Of a DNA stretch of 64,000 nt, positions 62,301 to 64,000 are shown one piece after another (the stretch's first letter is position 1; every line of letters starts with the position of its first letter). The translations under genes were made by a program, and so were the position numbers. This DNA comes from Phycisphaerae bacterium. GTDB lineage: Bacteria > Planctomycetota > Phycisphaerae > UBA1845. The stretch covers positions 192,001 through 256,000 of the forward strand of contig CAXXGO010000001.1 in assembly GCA_963666835.2 (NCBI GenBank), read 5' to 3'. The notes under the pieces were generated by a model. It saw nothing but the letters and a program-made list of their open reading frames with translations, did no database searches and had not been told where the DNA came from.

Positions 62301-63190
62301 GCGAGGACTTCTACAAGCACTTTGCGGTGTTAGCGGTTGACGAGACTCTTCTCTACGAGGACGACGCTGCCCAATGGACCGATGGACTGGCGACGAAGCA
62401 GCTCGAACAAGTGGAAGCAGCGTTGGGTAGCGAGAAATCGCTATCGAAGGTCGTGAAATTCGCCCCGCAGATTGCCGGGCAGACAAAGAACCGAGCGATC
62501 TTCGCAGTAGTTCTGGCCTTGGGTGCGATCGTCTCGTACCTGTGGCTGCGGTTCGGAACGAAGGAATACGGCTTGGCCGCCATCGTGGCTCTGGTGCATG
62601 ACGTTGGAATCACGCTGGGGCTGGTCACCGTGGGCCACTTCGTATACGCGAGCTTCATCGGGAAGGCGCTGGCCATCACCGATTTCAAGATCGACTTGCC
62701 GATGATCGCAGCGATTCTGACGGTCATTGGATACAGCCTCAACGATACGATCGTCGTGTTCGACCGGATCAGGGAGAATCGCGGTCGGATGGGCTCGCTG
62801 ACTCCGGCGCTAATCAACGACAGCCTCAATCAAACCCTGTCGAGGACGTTGCTGACGTCGATCACGACCTTCCTGGTCGTGATCATTCTCTATATCTTCG
62901 GGGGTAAGGGCGTACATGGGTTCAGCTTCGCCTTGCTCATCGGAGTTGTAGTCGGAACATACAGCTCGCTGGGGATCGCGACCCCGCTGCTGTACCGCCC
63001 GGTGTTGCTCCGGGCGGTGGTGGCCGTAATCGCCGCGAGCGTGCTGATCGGCATCGTTGTTGTCGAGACGGATGACATGACGGCACGGTTGGTGTTGACG
63101 GCTATCGTGGCGGTGGGCGCTATCGCCTATCTAATCCGAAACGCGGCCACAAATAAGTACGCGAACCCGCGTTCTGCGGGGCGCGGCTAG
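59375..63190 (+). CDS. secDF: Fused protein translocase subunit SecDF with large periplasmic insertions
   Basis: [69 protein letters not shown]. Confidence 0.97.
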   Translation: [1271 protein letters not shown]

Positions 63191-63259
63191 CCGGATCGCT
63201 CCGGCCTGCCGCGCGATTGCTCGGCATCCGGAGCGAGTATTGATTGAATGCGACCAGGC

Positions 63260-63302
63260 AAGGGTCGGCGGTTCGATGAGCCGCCGACCCTTGTTGTTTT
63301 TT
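63260..63302 (+). terminator. Intrinsic terminator after secDF
   Basis: AAGGGTCGGCGGTTC-GAT-GAGCCGCCGACCCTT then GTTGTTTTTT. Confidence 0.9.
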
Positions 63303-63524
63303 GTGTCGGCGTAGCCGTTTTTTTTGCCTTTGCTACCCAATCTACGGCGTTGACCGCGCTGCAGACGGTGCGTATACTGCGCACGTAAGTGCCGGTGTGT
63401 CTTAGTCGGCGCGGTGTCCTGTTCCACACGGTGGCTGGCTGGATGATGTTACCTGTGGATTAGAGACGCACCGGAGCAAGGGTGATTCCTACCTGTCGGT
63501 TGGTGCTACAAAAGGGAGTTTGTC

Positions 63525-64000
63525 ATGCGCCCAGACGTCAAGCTCGGGGTTGTCATTTCGCTGGTCATCGTTCTGGTAGCGGGCGGCTACTATCTCTATC
63601 GCGGAACGGATGAGGCCTCGATTCCGGTGGCTGGAAACCCGTCCGCCGGATCCGGTTCTCAGGCCGATTCGAGCCCGCCGGGGTCGACCAAGATTGCATC
63701 AGCAGACTCCCGTAAGAGTGCGGCCGGTCGTCCGAAGACCACGCCCGGTAGCGCAAAATCGCGAAAGAGCCCAGGGCGGGGCAATCCGGCTCCGAATGCC
63801 AAGCCGAAATCGACGGAATCGCCCGAAAGGCAGGTGAATCCGGCGTCAGAACGAGTGGCGGAGAAGCCGGCGGACGAGCCGGTGGTCACGCCACGGAGGG
63901 CGCGGCAATCCGGGAAAGCCGGCCAGACCGGGGCGAACAAGCCAGCAGCGGACAAGCATCCGAGGTCTCGTCGTACCGCTGCCGCTCCGAAGAATGACCC
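63525..64000 (+). CDS. Membrane-anchored protein with long low-complexity linker, truncated by window edge
   Basis: GGGAG RBS; MRPDVKLGVVISLVIVLVAGGYYLY then Pro/Ser/Lys-rich region, open to the window end. Confidence 0.8.
   Translation, partial: MRPDVKLGVVISLVIVLVAGGYYLYRGTDEASIPVAGNPSAGSGSQADSSPPGSTKIASADSRKSAAGRPKTTPGSAKSRKSPGRGNPAPNAKPKSTESPERQVNPASERVAEKPADEPVVTPRRARQSGKAGQTGANKPAADKHPRSRRTAAAPKND

Noticed and set aside
1..64000. Sigma-54 promoters (rpoN is present)
   Set aside because: The intergenic TGGC candidates I checked lacked GG-N10-GC spacing; not exhaustively scanned

Overview
GC-rich bacterial chromosome segment, most likely Planctomycetota (Phycisphaerae). The assignment is inferred from the prepilin/H-X9-DG protein, CxxC..CPECG zinc-ribbon membrane proteins, IPTL-CTERM-like tails, dockerin-like C-termini and DUF2617. 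Core genes: nadB, serS, transketolase, dusB, rpoN, the ffs-dnaX-ybaB-recR block, tRNA-Leu(TAA) and an oversized secDF. Between them lie secreted proteins (M14 and C10 peptidases, serine hydrolase, cohesin-like and Ig-like surface proteins, a Cys-rich repeat protein), an ECF sigma/anti-sigma pair, a GspE ATPase, pqiAB and two sensor kinases. Intergenic regions hold mosaics of at least six palindromic repeat families; no intact transposase or CRISPR array was seen. Best leads: (1) a signal-bearing leader ORF ending in IRSHAPP just upstream of secDF, a candidate secretion-monitoring ribosome-arrest peptide; (2) two miniature REP-bounded elements carrying only the first ~20 codons of a RAYT-like transposase; (3) REP-containing tandem amplifications (51, 112, 178, 463 bp), one storing three in-phase versions of a gene's C-terminus; (4) a possible cohesin/dockerin-like surface peptidase assembly; (5) a secreted metallothionein-like repeat protein. 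All domain calls come from motif recognition by eye, not database searches.
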